This document shows, piece after piece, positions 1-11,393 of a stretch of DNA of 64,000 nucleotides (the first letter of the stretch is position 1; each line of letters starts with the position of its first letter). The DNA is taken from assembly GCA_963749655.1 (NCBI GenBank), contig CAVVOB010000039.1, forward strand, positions 1 to 64,000, read 5' to 3'. The DNA comes from Nitrospirota bacterium (GTDB lineage: Bacteria; Nitrospirota; UBA9217). A program made the translations under genes and the position numbers. The notes under the pieces are model-generated. The model saw only the letters and a list, made by a program, of their open reading frames with translations, ran no database searches and was not told the origin of the DNA.

Positions 1-691
1 CGTCGCGGCCGCCGGAGAAAGGAATTACATTTTCCGCGATCTCGCCGCCGTACAGCTGAAATACGCGCTCCTTCGGGCCTGCAGCCTCCGGCAGGTCGAG
101 CACCGTTTTCCGGTTGTGGGTAAGCCTGAAGCGCACAGAGGGATGGGACATGGCCTGGCGCGACACCGCCGTCAGGATATGCGAGAACTCGGTGCCGGGG
201 CTTTTCAGGAATTTAAGGCGGGCGGGCGTATTGTAGAACAGGTGGCTGACTTCGATCGATGTGCCCTGCGGGGCAGCCGCGTCGGACACGGCCGTGACCT
301 TCCCGGCCTCGATCTCGATCTGGACTCCCGCAGACTGGCCGCGCATCGCCGTCTGCAGCTTTACCTGCGCTACCGAAGCGATGCTCGAGAGCGCTTCGCC
401 GCGGAAACCCATTGTCCGGACGGCGTCGAGGTCCTCGTCTCCTGCGATTTTGCTCGTGGCGTGACGCAGGAACGCGGTGCGCACATCCTCCCCGGACATG
501 CCGCAGCCGTTGTCCCTGACGCGGATGAGCCGTCTTCCGGCCTGCTCGATGTCGATCACGATCTCCGTGGCGCCGGCATCGAGGGAGTTTTCGATCAGCT
601 CCTTGACCGCGGAAGCCGGCCGCTCCACCACCTCGCCTGCGGCGATCTTATTGATGACATGATCGGGGAGTATCCTGATGATCGAGGACAT
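1..691 (-). CDS. mutL: DNA mismatch repair protein MutL (N-terminal part, runs off the window start)
   Basis: Manual translation from ATG at 691: MSSIIRILPDHVINKIAAGEVVERPASAVKELIENSLDAGA..., the MutL GHKL N-terminus; not in the ORF track because truncated. Confidence 0.95.
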   Translation of the reverse strand, partial: MSSIIRILPDHVINKIAAGEVVERPASAVKELIENSLDAGATEIVIDIEQAGRRLIRVRDNGCGMSGEDVRTAFLRHATSKIAGDEDLDAVRTMGFRGEALSSIASVAQVKLQTAMRGQSAGVQIEIEAGKVTAVSDAAAPQGTSIEVSHLFYNTPARLKFLKSPGTEFSHILTAVSRQAMSHPSVRFRLTHNRKTVLDLPEAAGPKERVFQLYGGEIAENVIPFSGGRD

Positions 692-700
692 GGGTCTGGC

Positions 701-2089
701 TCAGTACTTCAGCTTCGCCTTCTCCTGGTTCGCCACCACAACGATCACAAGGTTGTCGGGGTGCAGATATTTCTGTGCAACACGCTGGATGTCCTCGCGC
801 GTAACCGAGTTGATCAGCGCGGGGTATCGCTGCGGATAATCGAGGCCCAGGTTGAAGAGCTCGATGGAGGTCAGTATGCCGGCGATCTTTGCGGAGGTAT
901 CCATGCGAAGCGGAAAGCTGCCCGTCAGGTACGCCTTTGCGTCAGCCAGCTCCTTTTCGGTCACCGGCTCGTTCTGGATCCTGCGCAGCTCCTTGACCGT
1001 CTCGCTGATCACCTCGTTCGCCGATTCATTTTTGGTCTGAATGGTCACCTGGAACGCGCCGGGGTCCTTTTGCGCGTCGAACCTGCTCTGTACGCCGTAG
1101 GCCAGCCCCTTATTGTCCCTGATGTTGTCCATCAACCGGGACGAGAAGCCGCCTCCGCCCAGAATATAGTTCATGATCAGACATGCGTAGTAATCGGGAT
1201 TTTCCCTGGCGATGCCCACGTGGCCGAGGATGATATTGGCCTGGGTGACTTCCTTTTCGATCTTATTCACCGTGACCTTGCCTGGGACCGGCGGGGACAC
1301 CTCGCCCGGGAGGGGCTGGTCCTTCTTCTGCCAGCCCTTGAAATAGTCGTTCAGGAGAGAGATCGTTCCCTTTTCCGATACATCCCCCACCACGGCGATG
1401 ATCGTATGGTTAGGGCTGTACCGGCTGGAATAAAAGGACAGGATGTCCTGCCGTGTCAGCTTCGGAAGAAATGCGGCAACCTCGTCGTTTGTCCGTCCGT
1501 AGGCATGTGCGCCGAAAACAGCCTTGTTAAAGACATTCTCGGCGACGTTCATGGGTTCTTCTTTCTGGCGTTGGATCTCTGCCAGCGTTTCCTTGACTTT
1601 CCGGTCGATCTCCTTCTGGTCGAATACGGGATTCGTCACCACGTCGGCAAGCAGGTCCAGTCCGGTCTTGAGGTCTTTCTTGAGGACTCGCAGGCTCACC
1701 GAGGCGGTGTCCTCGCCGCCCGATGCCGAAAGCGCGCCGCCGATAAAATCGATCTCACTGCTGATCTGTTTTGCCGAACGCCTGGCCGTTCCCTGGGTCA
1801 ACAGCGCTGCGGTGACGGAGGCGAGGCCCGGCTTATCACCCGATGCCGCCGTGCTGCCCGCCGTTATGGCCATGTTGACCGTGACCATGGGGATATCGTG
1901 TTTCTCGGAAAGCAGCAGGACCATGCCGTTCTCGAGCACGATGCGCTTCCCCAGCGGTTCGGCGGCATGAACTGCCGAAGTCGCCCATCCGAGAGCAGCG
2001 ACAGAAAATGCCGCGATGACAGCGGCTTTTGTAGTTGTCCAAATCCGCATTCCGCATTCCGCATTCCGCATTTCAAGATCACCTTTCAT
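701..2089 (-). CDS. M16B (pitrilysin-family) peptidase, non-catalytic subunit, signal peptide
   Basis: LENGMVLLL, ILGGGGFSSRL..IRDNKGLAY; lacks HxxEH; ATGA overlap with the upstream M16 gene; start may be 2071. Confidence 0.9.
   Translation of the reverse strand: MKGDLEMRNAECGMRIWTTTKAAVIAAFSVAALGWATSAVHAAEPLGKRIVLENGMVLLLSEKHDIPMVTVNMAITAGSTAASGDKPGLASVTAALLTQGTARRSAKQISSEIDFIGGALSASGGEDTASVSLRVLKKDLKTGLDLLADVVTNPVFDQKEIDRKVKETLAEIQRQKEEPMNVAENVFNKAVFGAHAYGRTNDEVAAFLPKLTRQDILSFYSSRYSPNHTIIAVVGDVSEKGTISLLNDYFKGWQKKDQPLPGEVSPPVPGKVTVNKIEKEVTQANIILGHVGIARENPDYYACLIMNYILGGGGFSSRLMDNIRDNKGLAYGVQSRFDAQKDPGAFQVTIQTKNESANEVISETVKELRRIQNEPVTEKELADAKAYLTGSFPLRMDTSAKIAGILTSIELFNLGLDYPQRYPALINSVTREDIQRVAQKYLHPDNLVIVVVANQEKAKLKY
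2044..2071. repeat. Heptamer array (TCCGCAT)x4
   Basis: Four perfect copies at the M16/M16 junction. Confidence 0.9.
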
Positions 2090-3408
2090 TTCTCTGCCTT
2101 GAGGGGAATCAGAGTCCCCACCGTCCGGTTGTCCTCGGAAAGATACTTCCGCGCCACCCGCATTACGTCTTCCTTGGTCACAGCGCGGATCCTGTCAACA
2201 TAGCTCTCCAGCAGCCGCCAGCTGGCGACGGTCTCGAACTGACCGAGCAGCATCGCCTGGTAAAAGACCGAATCCTGTCCCATGATGAACGACGCCTCGA
2301 TCTGGTTCCTGGCCTTCTGGAGTTCCTGGTCCGTGACGGGTTCGTTTTTGAACCGGTCGATCTCGTCGTACAGGGCCTTCTCCACTTCCGCGGTCGTCTT
2401 TCCGGGCATCAGGCCTGCGTAGATATAGAAGAGGTTCGGGTCCGTTGCTACATTGTCGTAGTCCCCGCCTGCATAGAGCGCCACCTGCTTTTCGTAAACC
2501 AGGGAACGATACAAACGGGAACTCTTACCTGACGACAGGATGCCCTGCAGCACTTCAAGTGCCGGGGAATCGGGGTCCTGCACCGCGGGCACATTGAAGC
2601 CGGCGAAGACCGCAGGCAGCTCCGCCTGTTTTTTAACGATCACCCGCCGTTCGCCGTGGTGCACGGGTTCCACGGCGCCGACTTTCGGAACCGCAGGCCC
2701 GGCCGGAATAGAGCCGAAATATTTCTCAATGCGCGGCAGCAGCGTCTTGGTGTCGAAATCGCCTACGACGACGATGGTCGCGTTGTTCGGCGCATAATAC
2801 AGGTGGTAATGTTTCGCCAGATCGTCGCGCTGGATGTTATTGATGTCGGCCATCCAGCCGATCACCGGCCACTGGTAGGGGTGGGCGCTGAACGCCACCG
2901 AGGTCATCTGTTCGACGAGGGTATTGACCGGATCGTCCTCATACCGCATGCGCCGTTCTTCCTTCACCACGTCGCGTTCCGACAGAAACTCCTTGGGATC
3001 GATGAGGAGGTTGACCATGCGGTCCGATTCAAGGTCGAGCGAGATGCCGATACGGTCCGAGGCGAAATTCTCGAAATAGGCGGTGTAATCCTTGGACGTG
3101 AATGCGTTGTCGTTCCCGCCGTTCCGCTGAACGGTCTGGGAAAAGGTCTTGGGGCCGTATTTTGCCGTGCCCTTGAACATCATGTGCTCGAGGAGGTGGG
3201 ACATCCCGGTTTTCCCGAGCCGTTCATTGCGGGAGCCGATCTTGTACCAAATCTGGAACGTCACCACCGGCGCCTTATGCTCTTCCTTCAGCAGCACCTT
3301 GAGGCCGTTCGGCAATATCTTCTCCGTGACGTTCATGGCCTGTCCGAAGGACACTGAGGAGAAGCTGATCAACAAAAGTGAAAATGCAATTGCCCTGTAT
3401 CTCTTCAT
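2086..3408 (-). CDS. M16B zinc peptidase, catalytic subunit, signal peptide
   Basis: HLLEH (HxxEH) motif, NAFTSKDYTAY, EERRMR; N-terminal signal sequence MKRYRAIAFSLLL. Confidence 0.92.
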   Translation of the reverse strand: MKRYRAIAFSLLLISFSSVSFGQAMNVTEKILPNGLKVLLKEEHKAPVVTFQIWYKIGSRNERLGKTGMSHLLEHMMFKGTAKYGPKTFSQTVQRNGGNDNAFTSKDYTAYFENFASDRIGISLDLESDRMVNLLIDPKEFLSERDVVKEERRMRYEDDPVNTLVEQMTSVAFSAHPYQWPVIGWMADINNIQRDDLAKHYHLYYAPNNATIVVVGDFDTKTLLPRIEKYFGSIPAGPAVPKVGAVEPVHHGERRVIVKKQAELPAVFAGFNVPAVQDPDSPALEVLQGILSSGKSSRLYRSLVYEKQVALYAGGDYDNVATDPNLFYIYAGLMPGKTTAEVEKALYDEIDRFKNEPVTDQELQKARNQIEASFIMGQDSVFYQAMLLGQFETVASWRLLESYVDRIRAVTKEDVMRVARKYLSEDNRTVGTLIPLKAEK

Positions 3409-3459
3409 TCCTATGCTCCGTTTCCTGCAGCATTCCGAATTCCGTATACTCATTCTTAA

Positions 3460-3912
3460 TTATACTCCCGTGTGGCCGAACCCGCCGGAACCGCGGTCGG
3501 TCCCGGACAGGGAATCGACCTTCACGAATTCCGCTTTTTCGATCCTGGCAAAGACCAGCTGGGCGATCCGGTCGCCGCGCCGGACCGGAAAAGGCACGGT
3601 GCTGAAATTGAACAGGATGACGCTGATCTCGCCCCGGTAATCGGCGTCGATCGTTCCGGGGCCGTTCAGCATGCCGATGCCGTGCTTGAGCGCGAGCCCG
3701 CTTCGCGGCCGCACCTGCCCCTCGTGCCCCTCGGGGATCGCTATGGCGAGGCCCGTCGGTATGAGCTTCCAGGCTCCCGGTTCGATGGTGGTTTCCTGCT
3801 CGACGGCAGCGTGCAGATCGACGCCGGCTGCGTGCGCGGTCTGGTACTGGGGCAGCGGAAGGCCTGCCGAGTGTTTGAGCTGCGTCATATGGACTATGAG
3901 TTGTTTTGGCAT
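3460..3912 (-). CDS. dut: dUTP diphosphatase
   Basis: [34 protein letters not shown] motifs. Confidence 0.97.
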   Translation of the reverse strand: MPKQLIVHMTQLKHSAGLPLPQYQTAHAAGVDLHAAVEQETTIEPGAWKLIPTGLAIAIPEGHEGQVRPRSGLALKHGIGMLNGPGTIDADYRGEISVILFNFSTVPFPVRRGDRIAQLVFARIEKAEFVKVDSLSGTDRGSGGFGHTGV

Positions 3913-4011
3913 GACAAAACCGGCATGGCGCATAGTGCATGGTACGCAGCGCACGAGCGTATCCGTTACGGGTTCATTCCTCTCTGCACTACGCGCTTTG
4001 CACTCTGCGGC

Positions 4012-5269
4012 TTATATTTCCAGGACCGTATCGGGCACATCGGTCTTATGCAGCGGTCCCAAGAGCGTAAGAGCCAGATTCTCCGGGGCAAACAGCTGGC
4101 GGGCCAGCCGCTGAACCTCGTCGGCCGTGACCTTCTCCACTCCTTTGATGATATCGTCCATGGAAAGATACTTTCCGAAGTAGATCTCCTGCCGCGCGAT
4201 CCGGCTCATGTGGCTGTTGCTGCTTTCCAGAGAGAGGATCAGGCTGCCCTTGATCTGGTTCTTTACGCGCAGTTCCTCGGCCGCAGTGATGCCTTCTTCC
4301 TTGATCTTCCTGAGTTCCTTCATCACGAGCCTGGCCACCTCAAGGGCATTTGCGGGGTCCGTGCCGGCGTAGACCGTCAGAAGGCCGGTATCGCGGTAGG
4401 AGGTGACGTACGAGTAGATCGAGTAGGCGAGGGCATTCTGCTCCCGTACCTCCTGGAAGAGGCGAGAACTCATGCTGTTGCCCAGAACGGTGTTGAGCGC
4501 CGACATCGTAAAACGGTCCTCGTGGGTATAGTTCAGGCCCCGGCATCCGATGCAGAGCTGGGCCTGCTCGAGCTGTTTTTTCCTGACCGCTACGGCATGG
4601 GTGAACCCGGGCGTCGACTCGATTTTGGAAACGCCGTTCCGGGCAAGTTTGCCGAAATGCCGGTTCAGCAGTTCGATTAGGCGGCTGTGCTCGAAATTGC
4701 CGGCGACGGATATGACGATCTCTTTCGGATGGTAGTAGTTTTCGATATAGGCGATGATGTTGCTGTGATTCATCGCCTTGATGGTTTCCCGCGTGCCGAG
4801 GATCGGCCGGCCGAGAGCGTTGTCAGGCCAGACCGTGTTCGTGAAGAGCTCGTGGATGTAATCGTCGGGCGTGTCCTCCACACTCTTGATCTCCTCGAGG
4901 ATGACCTTTCGTTCCTTTTCCATTTCAGCGGGATCGAACCGCGAAGAGAGCAGGATGTCCGCGAGGATTTCGATGACCACGGGCAGGTGTTCGTCCACGA
5001 CCTTGGCGTAATAAGTCGTCGTCTCCTGCGATGTGAACGCGTTCATCTCTCCCCCGAGGGAGTCCATCTCGATGGCTATGTCCTTGGCGGACCGTTTTTC
5101 AGTCCCCTTAAAGAACATGTGTTCGATGAAATGGGAAACGCCGCCGATCTCCGGGAGACTCGTGGCGGGAACCGACCTTGACCCAGACGCCGATGGATAC
5201 GGACCGTGATTTCGGCAGGGTCTCCGATACGACCCGAATGCCGTTCGACAACGTATCTTTTCTGTACAT
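4012..5269 (-). CDS. Cytoplasmic M16 peptidase (MPP-beta-like); one frameshift near 5155
   Basis: MYRKDTLSNGIRVVSE...GSRHE joined to GVSHFIEHMFFKGT; SSRLFQEVRE..LAYSIYS. Confidence 0.88.
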
Positions 5270-5303
5270 GAACCAGCTTTCCGAGAAGCACGGCGGTGAA
5301 GAA

Positions 5304-5383
5304 GGCATGGGGCATAGCGCATAGGGCAAAGCTAAACACAGTTCATCTCTGCCTCCCTGGCGCTCTGCTCTATGCTCTCTGCT
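5304..5383. repeat. Inverted heptamer array pair (GGCATRG-type / CTMTGCT-type)
   Basis: ggcatgg ggcatag cgcatag ggcaaag ... ctctgct ctatgct ctctgct. Confidence 0.75.
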
Positions 5384-5395
5384 GTCTTCTCCGCA

Positions 5396-7512
5396 TCATT
5401 TCTCTTTGTGGTTGTTTTCTCCGCCCGGATGCGCCTTTGCGCGCTCCTGTACTATCTTCTGGAGAAGGTGGCTGGGAACGTCCTCGTAGCCGAAAAATTC
5501 CATGGTGTACATACCCCGGCCGCTCGTGAGCGAATTGAGCGTCGGCGCATAGGAAAGCATTTCCGACATGGGCACGAGTGCCTTGATCGTCTGGCCGTTC
5601 GCCTGCGGCACGACCCCCTGCACCTTGCCGCGCCTCGAATTCAGGTCGCCGATCACGACCCCGAGGGTGTCGTCGGGCGAGATGACTTCTACGTTCATGA
5701 TCGGTTCGAGGAGAACCGGTTTGGCCCCTTCCATCGCCTTTTTGAAGGCCATCGAGGCCGCGACTTTGAACGCCATTTCCGAGGAATCCACGGTATGATA
5801 GGAGCCGTCATACAGGGAAACCCGGATGTCGACGATCGGGTAGCCGGCCAGGACGCCCTCGTGCATGGCCTCTGCCACGCCTTTCTCGACGGCGGGGATG
5901 TACTGCCGCGGAATGACGCCGCCAACGATATTGTCTACGAACTCGAATCCGCCGCCGCGCGGAAGCGGTTCGATTTCGAGCCAGGCATCGCCGTACTGTC
6001 CGTGTCCGCCGGTCTGCTTCTTGTACTTGCCCTGGGCCTTTGCCTTGGTCCGGATTGTCTCTTTATAAGGCACCTTGGGCGTTTTCATCGTGACATCGGC
6101 CCCGAACTTCCGCTTGAGCTTTTCGAGGGTCACTTCCAGATGGACCTGCCCCATGCCGGACAGCACCATCTCCTTCGTCTGCTCGTCGTAGGTGAACCGC
6201 AGCGTGGGATCCTCTTCGAGGAGCTTGTGAATGCCTGTGCTGACCTTGTCTTCGTCTCCCCGTGATTTCGGCGCCACGGCATAGGACATGACAGGATCGG
6301 CGAACTTGGCGAAATCAATCACGATCGGGTTGCTTTCCGGACAAAGGGTGTCTCCGGTGAGGGTCTCCTTCATCTTGGCAATAGCGCCGATCTGGCCCGC
6401 CGTGAGATGGGGTGTGGCCACCTGCTTTTTCCCCTGGATATGGAACAGATTCCCGATCTTCTCCTTCACCTGCCGGGAGGAATTGTAGACCGTCGCATCA
6501 GACTTGAGCGTGCCGGAATAGACGCGGACCAGGGACAGCTTCCCTGCAAAGGGGTCGTTGATGGTCTTGAATACGAGCGCTGCAAGGGGGTCGTCGGGCG
6601 ACGGTTTCCGCACCGTCTCCTCGCCGGTTCGCGGGTCCTTACCCTTGACCGCACGATCCGTGCATGCTCTTCCGGAGAAGGCAGGCACATGAGGATCATG
6701 TCCAGCAGCGGCTGGATCCCCATGTTCTTGACCGGCGAGCCGCACAGGACCGGCAGCAAGCCGCCGCCGATCGTTCCATGCTTGAGCCCGGCGATGATGT
6801 CCTGCTCGGGAAGGTCCCCTTTGTCCAGGTATTTCTCGAGCAGCGCGTCGTCGGTCTCCGCGATCTGCTCTACCAGCTTCTTCCGGTACGTGGCGACGTC
6901 GCCCTTCATGTTTTCAGGAACGTCTTTTTCCTCGATCTTCCCGCTCCCGTCGGCGGAAAAGAGCAGGGCTTTCTGTTTGATAAGATCGACGACGCCGGTG
7001 AACTTGTCTTCGAGTCCGATGGGGAGCTGCAGCACGAGAGAGTTCTTGCAGAAATATTTTTCCATGTCGCCGACAGCGCGAAAGAAATCGGCGCGTTCCT
7101 TGTCGAGCTTGCTCACGAAGGCCACGCGGGGAATCTCATAGTCGCAGGCGAATTTGTAGATTTTTTCCGTCTCGGCTTTTACGCCGGAGATGGCCGAAAT
7201 GATGAGGACCGCACCGTCGACGGCGCGAAGGGTCCCCCGTGTTTCTTCGAGAAAGTTGATGTACCCCGGAGTGTCGATGATGTTGATGCGGACGCCTTTC
7301 CAGTCCGTGAATCCCGCGGCGGCAGTAATGGTGATCTTGCGGGCGATTTCCTCGGGCTCGTGCATGAACACCGACGTGCTGTTGTCGACGCTGCCCTGGA
7401 GCTCGACGGCCCCCCCTGCAAAGAGCAGGGCATCGGCCAGCGATGTCTTGCCTGCCGCACCGTGTGACAGGATAGCGATGTTGCGGATTTCCTTGACATC
7501 CGTAGTTTTCAT
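5396..7512 (-). CDS. fusA: Elongation factor G paralog (EF-G2-like); frameshift near 6655
   Basis: IRNIAILSHGAAGKTSL, IDTPGY, GMGQVHLEV, KKQTGGHGQYG, DSSEMAF; ORFs 6466-7512 and 5396-6745 joined; not in the rpsL-rpsG-tuf context. Confidence 0.9.
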
Positions 7513-7559
7513 ACAACGCTCCTTAATGAGGCGGTATTTTTGACGACGATCTTCTGAGT

Positions 7560-7826
7560 TTACCAGATCTCCGACTTGATTTTCCCCCCCTGCTTTATCA
7601 GCACGTCCACAACGGCTTCATTGAATAAATTGGTGGCATTCCTGACCTCTTCGTCCACCATGCTCTCGTAATATTTGCGCCCTTCGGCGAGCTCTTCTGT
7701 CAGAACGTCGAAGAGGCAGTCCTTCTCGATCCCCTCCTTTACCTTCGCCTGGTTGTACAGGAGGATGTCCGACAAAATCGTTCGCGCGAGCCGCCTTGCC
7801 TCGTCCACAGTCTTAATCAGTCTCAT
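7560..7826 (-). CDS. Small hypothetical helical protein (ARRLARTILSDILLYN motif)
   Basis: 88-aa ORF that fits the operon, with normal codon usage. Confidence 0.7.
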   Translation of the reverse strand: MRLIKTVDEARRLARTILSDILLYNQAKVKEGIEKDCLFDVLTEELAEGRKYYESMVDEEVRNATNLFNEAVVDVLIKQGGKIKSEIW

Positions 7827-7859
7827 TTAGGGCGCCCCATCATCAGAATCGCAGATGTT

Positions 7860-8288
7860 TCAGGAAAGGATCTCGACGATAACCGGTTTGTATTCCTGAG
7901 TCTTTTCCACTTTTTTATTGTAGGACCGAATGAAGAAAAATGTTACCACCGTGCATGCCGCTCCGGCAAGGAACGCCCACAGATCCGAGTCCTGATCGCC
8001 GACGTAGGCGGATGCGATTTTCTTTGCAATGATCGCACCGCTTATGAGAGCGGCCATCGGCAGTCCGTAGAGTATGATCGAGGCCTTCAGGTATATCTGG
8101 GGGGCCAGAACCACCTTGACCTTCTGTCCTGCTTTCGCATTGAGGGGGTTTGACGCCTCCAGGAACTCGGTGTCACCGGGATGACATACGCCGGACGCGG
8201 CGCATTGCTCGCAGGCGCTCTTTTTCAATACCGAGACCTTCGCGACGCCACCCTCTGTCTCAACGACGATTCCTTCTTCTTCTATCAT
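7860..8288 (-). CDS. rseC: RseC/MucC family protein
   Basis: MIEEEGIVV...SACEQCAASGVC, then two TM helices (LYGLPM). Confidence 0.88.
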   Translation of the reverse strand: MIEEEGIVVETEGGVAKVSVLKKSACEQCAASGVCHPGDTEFLEASNPLNAKAGQKVKVVLAPQIYLKASIILYGLPMAALISGAIIAKKIASAYVGDQDSDLWAFLAGAACTVVTFFFIRSYNKKVEKTQEYKPVIVEILS

Positions 8289-8299
8289 AATGGACTCCC

Positions 8300-8376
8300 C
8301 GTGAAACGTAAAACGCAAGAAGCAGCAGGATTCTTCTTACGCAAGACCTTTCACGCTTTACCTTTTACGCTTCACG
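8300..8376. repeat. Inverted heptamer array pair (CGTGAAA-type / TTTCACG-type)
   Basis: cgtgaaa cgtaaaa cgcaaga ... tttcacg ctttacc ttttacg cttcacg; overlaps the cimA stop. Confidence 0.75.
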
Positions 8377-9968
8377 CCCAATTTTTTCTTCGACCGCAGC
8401 AGTTTGTATTCGATGCTGTCTACCAGCGCCTGCCAGCTCGCTTCGATCACGTTTTCGGAAACGCCGACCGTGCCCCACTTGTCCTTTCCGTCACCCGATT
8501 CTATCAGTACCCGCACCCGCGCAGCCGTCCCCTCGGCCGCCGTCAGCACGCGCACTTTGTAATCGAGAAGGCGGACATTCTCCAGCCCGCTGCCCGGAAA
8601 GTAGGCGGGAAGAATCTTCCGAAGCGCCTTGTCCAGCGCGTTCACCGGGCCGTTCCCCCAGGCCGCGACATGCTCCGCTTTGCCGGCCACCTCGACGGTG
8701 ACGGTGGCCTCACTCAGGGGGTGAGGGTCCACTTTTCGCTTCTCCGTGAAGATCCGGTAGTCGATACGGTCGAACATGGAGAAAACCGATTCGTAGTTGT
8801 GCCCTGCGCGCAGCATGAGCAGTTCAAGCGACCCTTCGGCACCTTCGAATTCGAATCCTTCGTTTTCGAGTTGTTTGATCCGGCGAAGGATCTCGGCCAG
8901 CTGGGGGCTGTCCTTTTCGACCGGGACGCCCAGCTCTGCCGCCTTCTGGAGAATGTTGCTTTTTCCCGCCATGTCGGAGACGAGAATGCGCCGCCTGTTG
9001 CCGACGGTCTCCGGCACGATATGCTCGTACGTCAGCGCATGCTTGGCCACGGCATCGACATGGACTCCTCCCTTGTGGGCAAACGCACTGTCCCCCACAT
9101 AGGGCTGGCGCTTGCGGTGCGGCAGGTTCGCCAGTTCATCCACATAGCGGGAAAGATCCCGGAGCTTCTCGAGAGCGGCATCGGACACGCAGTCGATCCC
9201 GAGCTTGAGTTTGAGGGTCGGGATCAGGGAGCAGAGGTTGGCATTCCCGCACCGTTCGCCGTAGCCGTTGACGGTCCCGTGCACCTGGACCGCGCCCATG
9301 CGGACCGCCGTCAATGAGTTCGCCACGGCGAGCTCGGCGTCGTTGTGGGCATGGATTCCGAAGGGAATCGCGATCACCTTTTTGACCTGGGCGATGATCT
9401 CTTCGATCTCGTGGGGAAGCGTGCCGCCGTTCGTATCGCAGAGCACGAGGCAATCAGCTCCCGCGCCCTCCGCGGCCAGCAGCGTCTGGACGGCGTAATC
9501 GGGATTCGCCTTGTATCCGTCGAAAAAGTGTTCGGCGTCATAGACGACTTCGTCCATATTCTTTTTGAGGAACCCGACGGAATCCTCGATCATATCGAGG
9601 TTCTCGTTCAACGTGGTCCTGAGCGCCTTCAGCACGTGAAGATCCCAGGTCTTGCCGAAAATCGTCGCCACCGGCGCCCCGGACCTTACAAGCGCCTTCA
9701 GGCTGGGGTCCTCGGAGACCTTGAGCTTCGCGCGCCGCGTCGATCCGAATGCGGTAAGCTTCGCCCTCTTGAGCCTGACGCGCCGCATCTCCCGAAAAAA
9801 ATCGATATCGCGCGGGTTCGACCCCGGCCAGCCGCCCTCGATGTAATGGACGCCGAACTGGTCGAGTTTACGCGCGACGCGGATCTTGTCCTCAACGGAG
9901 AAATTCACGTCCTCGGCCTGGGAGCCGTCGCGAAGCGTGGTATCGTATAGAAGAACTATCGGCTTCAT
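8358..9968 (-). CDS. cimA: Citramalate synthase
   Basis: YDTTLRDGSQ, IEGGWPGSNP, YDAEHFFDG, GIHAHND, GERCGNANL, AHKGGVH. Confidence 0.95.
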   Translation of the reverse strand: MKPIVLLYDTTLRDGSQAEDVNFSVEDKIRVARKLDQFGVHYIEGGWPGSNPRDIDFFREMRRVRLKRAKLTAFGSTRRAKLKVSEDPSLKALVRSGAPVATIFGKTWDLHVLKALRTTLNENLDMIEDSVGFLKKNMDEVVYDAEHFFDGYKANPDYAVQTLLAAEGAGADCLVLCDTNGGTLPHEIEEIIAQVKKVIAIPFGIHAHNDAELAVANSLTAVRMGAVQVHGTVNGYGERCGNANLCSLIPTLKLKLGIDCVSDAALEKLRDLSRYVDELANLPHRKRQPYVGDSAFAHKGGVHVDAVAKHALTYEHIVPETVGNRRRILVSDMAGKSNILQKAAELGVPVEKDSPQLAEILRRIKQLENEGFEFEGAEGSLELLMLRAGHNYESVFSMFDRIDYRIFTEKRKVDPHPLSEATVTVEVAGKAEHVAAWGNGPVNALDKALRKILPAYFPGSGLENVRLLDYKVRVLTAAEGTAARVRVLIESGDGKDKWGTVGVSENVIEASWQALVDSIEYKLLRSKKKLGVKRKR

Positions 9969-10013
9969 AAATGTATTTGTATCGCAGCGGGGAAAAGTGC
10001 AAAACAACCCTTT

Positions 10014-10094
10014 CGTGAGGCGTAAGCGGAGTCAGGAGTGAGGGGAAAAGCTTCTTCTTTTTCGGTGTTCTCCCCTTACCCCTCACTCCTCACG
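10014..10094. repeat. Inverted heptamer array pair (GTGAGG-type / CCTCAC-type)
   Basis: cgtgagg cgtaagc..gagtgagg ... ccccttac ccctcac tcctcacg. Confidence 0.7.
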
Positions 10095-10100
10095 GCCTTA

Positions 10101-11321
10101 TCATGCCGCTTTATCCATCTCGAACGTTTCGTGCAGCACCCGGACCGCCAGCTCCGTATACTTGGCGTCGATCACGATGGATATCTTGATCTCCGAGGTG
10201 CTGATCATCATGATATTGATTCCTTCCTTGGCCATGGCCGCGAACATCCGGGCGGCCACGCCCGAGTGGGAGCGCATGCCCACTCCGACGATGGAAACTT
10301 TGGCGATCTCTTCCTTCACATTCACGTTTTTCGCGCCGATTTCTGCAACGACTTTTTTCATGACCTCCACGATCTTTTTCGAGTCGGTCTTCGGCACGGT
10401 GAAGGACATGTCGGTCAGCCCGCCCTCGCCGATGTTCTGAATGATCATGTCGACGACGACGTTGTTCTCCGAGATGGTATTGAAGATCTTCGCCGCCACG
10501 CCCGGCTTGTCCGGCACGCCCTGGACCGTCACCTTCACCTGGTTTTTATCGTAAGCCACGCCGGACACCACTACTTTCTCCATGTCTGAATCCTCCTTGG
10601 TCACCAGGGTCCCCGGGTTGTCGTTGAAGCTTGAGAGCACCCTGACCGGTACGTTATATTTTTTTGCGAACTCGACTGAACGGGTCTGGAGCACCTTTGC
10701 GCCCAGGCTCGCCAGTTCGAGCATCTCGTCATACGAAATCTTGTCCAGCTTCCTCGCCTGCGGCACCATGTTCGGGTCCGTGGTATACACGCCGTCCACG
10801 TCCGTATAGATGTCGCACAGGTCCGCTTTGAGCGCCGCCGCGACGGCCACGGCGGAAAGGTCCGACCCGCCCCGCCCCAGCGTCGTCACGTCGTCCGAGG
10901 TTTCTGTGATTCCCTGGAAGCCGGCGACCACCGCGATCTTTCCGTCCTTGAGCGCATGCTTGAGCCGCTCGCCGGTGATCTTCTCGATCCGCGCCTTGGT
11001 GTGGACGCTGTCGGAGATGATCCCCGCCTGCCGTCCCGTGAAGGACTGCGCCCGGTGGCCCAGCGACTGGATGGCCATGGCCAGGAGCGCGATCGTCACG
11101 CGTTCGCCGGTGGAAACGAGCATGTCCATCTCGCGGGGATCGGGGCTTTCGCTGACCTGGTTCGCAAGATTGATGAGTTTGTCTGTTTCTCCGCTCATGG
11201 CCGAAACGACGACCACGACGTCATGTCCCTCTTCCTTCGTCCTGACGACACGCCTCGCCACGTTCTTGATCCGCTCCGGATTGCCCACGGACGTGCCGCC
11301 GTATTTCTGAACAATTAGCAC
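10101..11321 (-). CDS. lysC: Aspartate kinase
   Basis: [18 protein letters not shown], two ACT domains ([10 protein letters not shown]). Confidence 0.97.
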   Translation of the reverse strand: MLIVQKYGGTSVGNPERIKNVARRVVRTKEEGHDVVVVVSAMSGETDKLINLANQVSESPDPREMDMLVSTGERVTIALLAMAIQSLGHRAQSFTGRQAGIISDSVHTKARIEKITGERLKHALKDGKIAVVAGFQGITETSDDVTTLGRGGSDLSAVAVAAALKADLCDIYTDVDGVYTTDPNMVPQARKLDKISYDEMLELASLGAKVLQTRSVEFAKKYNVPVRVLSSFNDNPGTLVTKEDSDMEKVVVSGVAYDKNQVKVTVQGVPDKPGVAAKIFNTISENNVVVDMIIQNIGEGGLTDMSFTVPKTDSKKIVEVMKKVVAEIGAKNVNVKEEIAKVSIVGVGMRSHSGVAARMFAAMAKEGINIMMISTSEIKISIVIDAKYTELAVRVLHETFEMDKAA

Positions 11322-11393
11322 CCTCGCTCCTCCAAAAATAGAATTTCTTCAGGCACGGCGCAGAAAGCATGGGGAATGTTTCTGCTCTATGCT

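Noticed and set aside
116-2203. 695-aa plus-strand ORF, and similar long antisense ORFs such as 51714-53786, 30003-31703 and 35267-36766
   Set aside because: Shadow ORFs opposite well-supported genes in GC-rich DNA; no recognisable motifs
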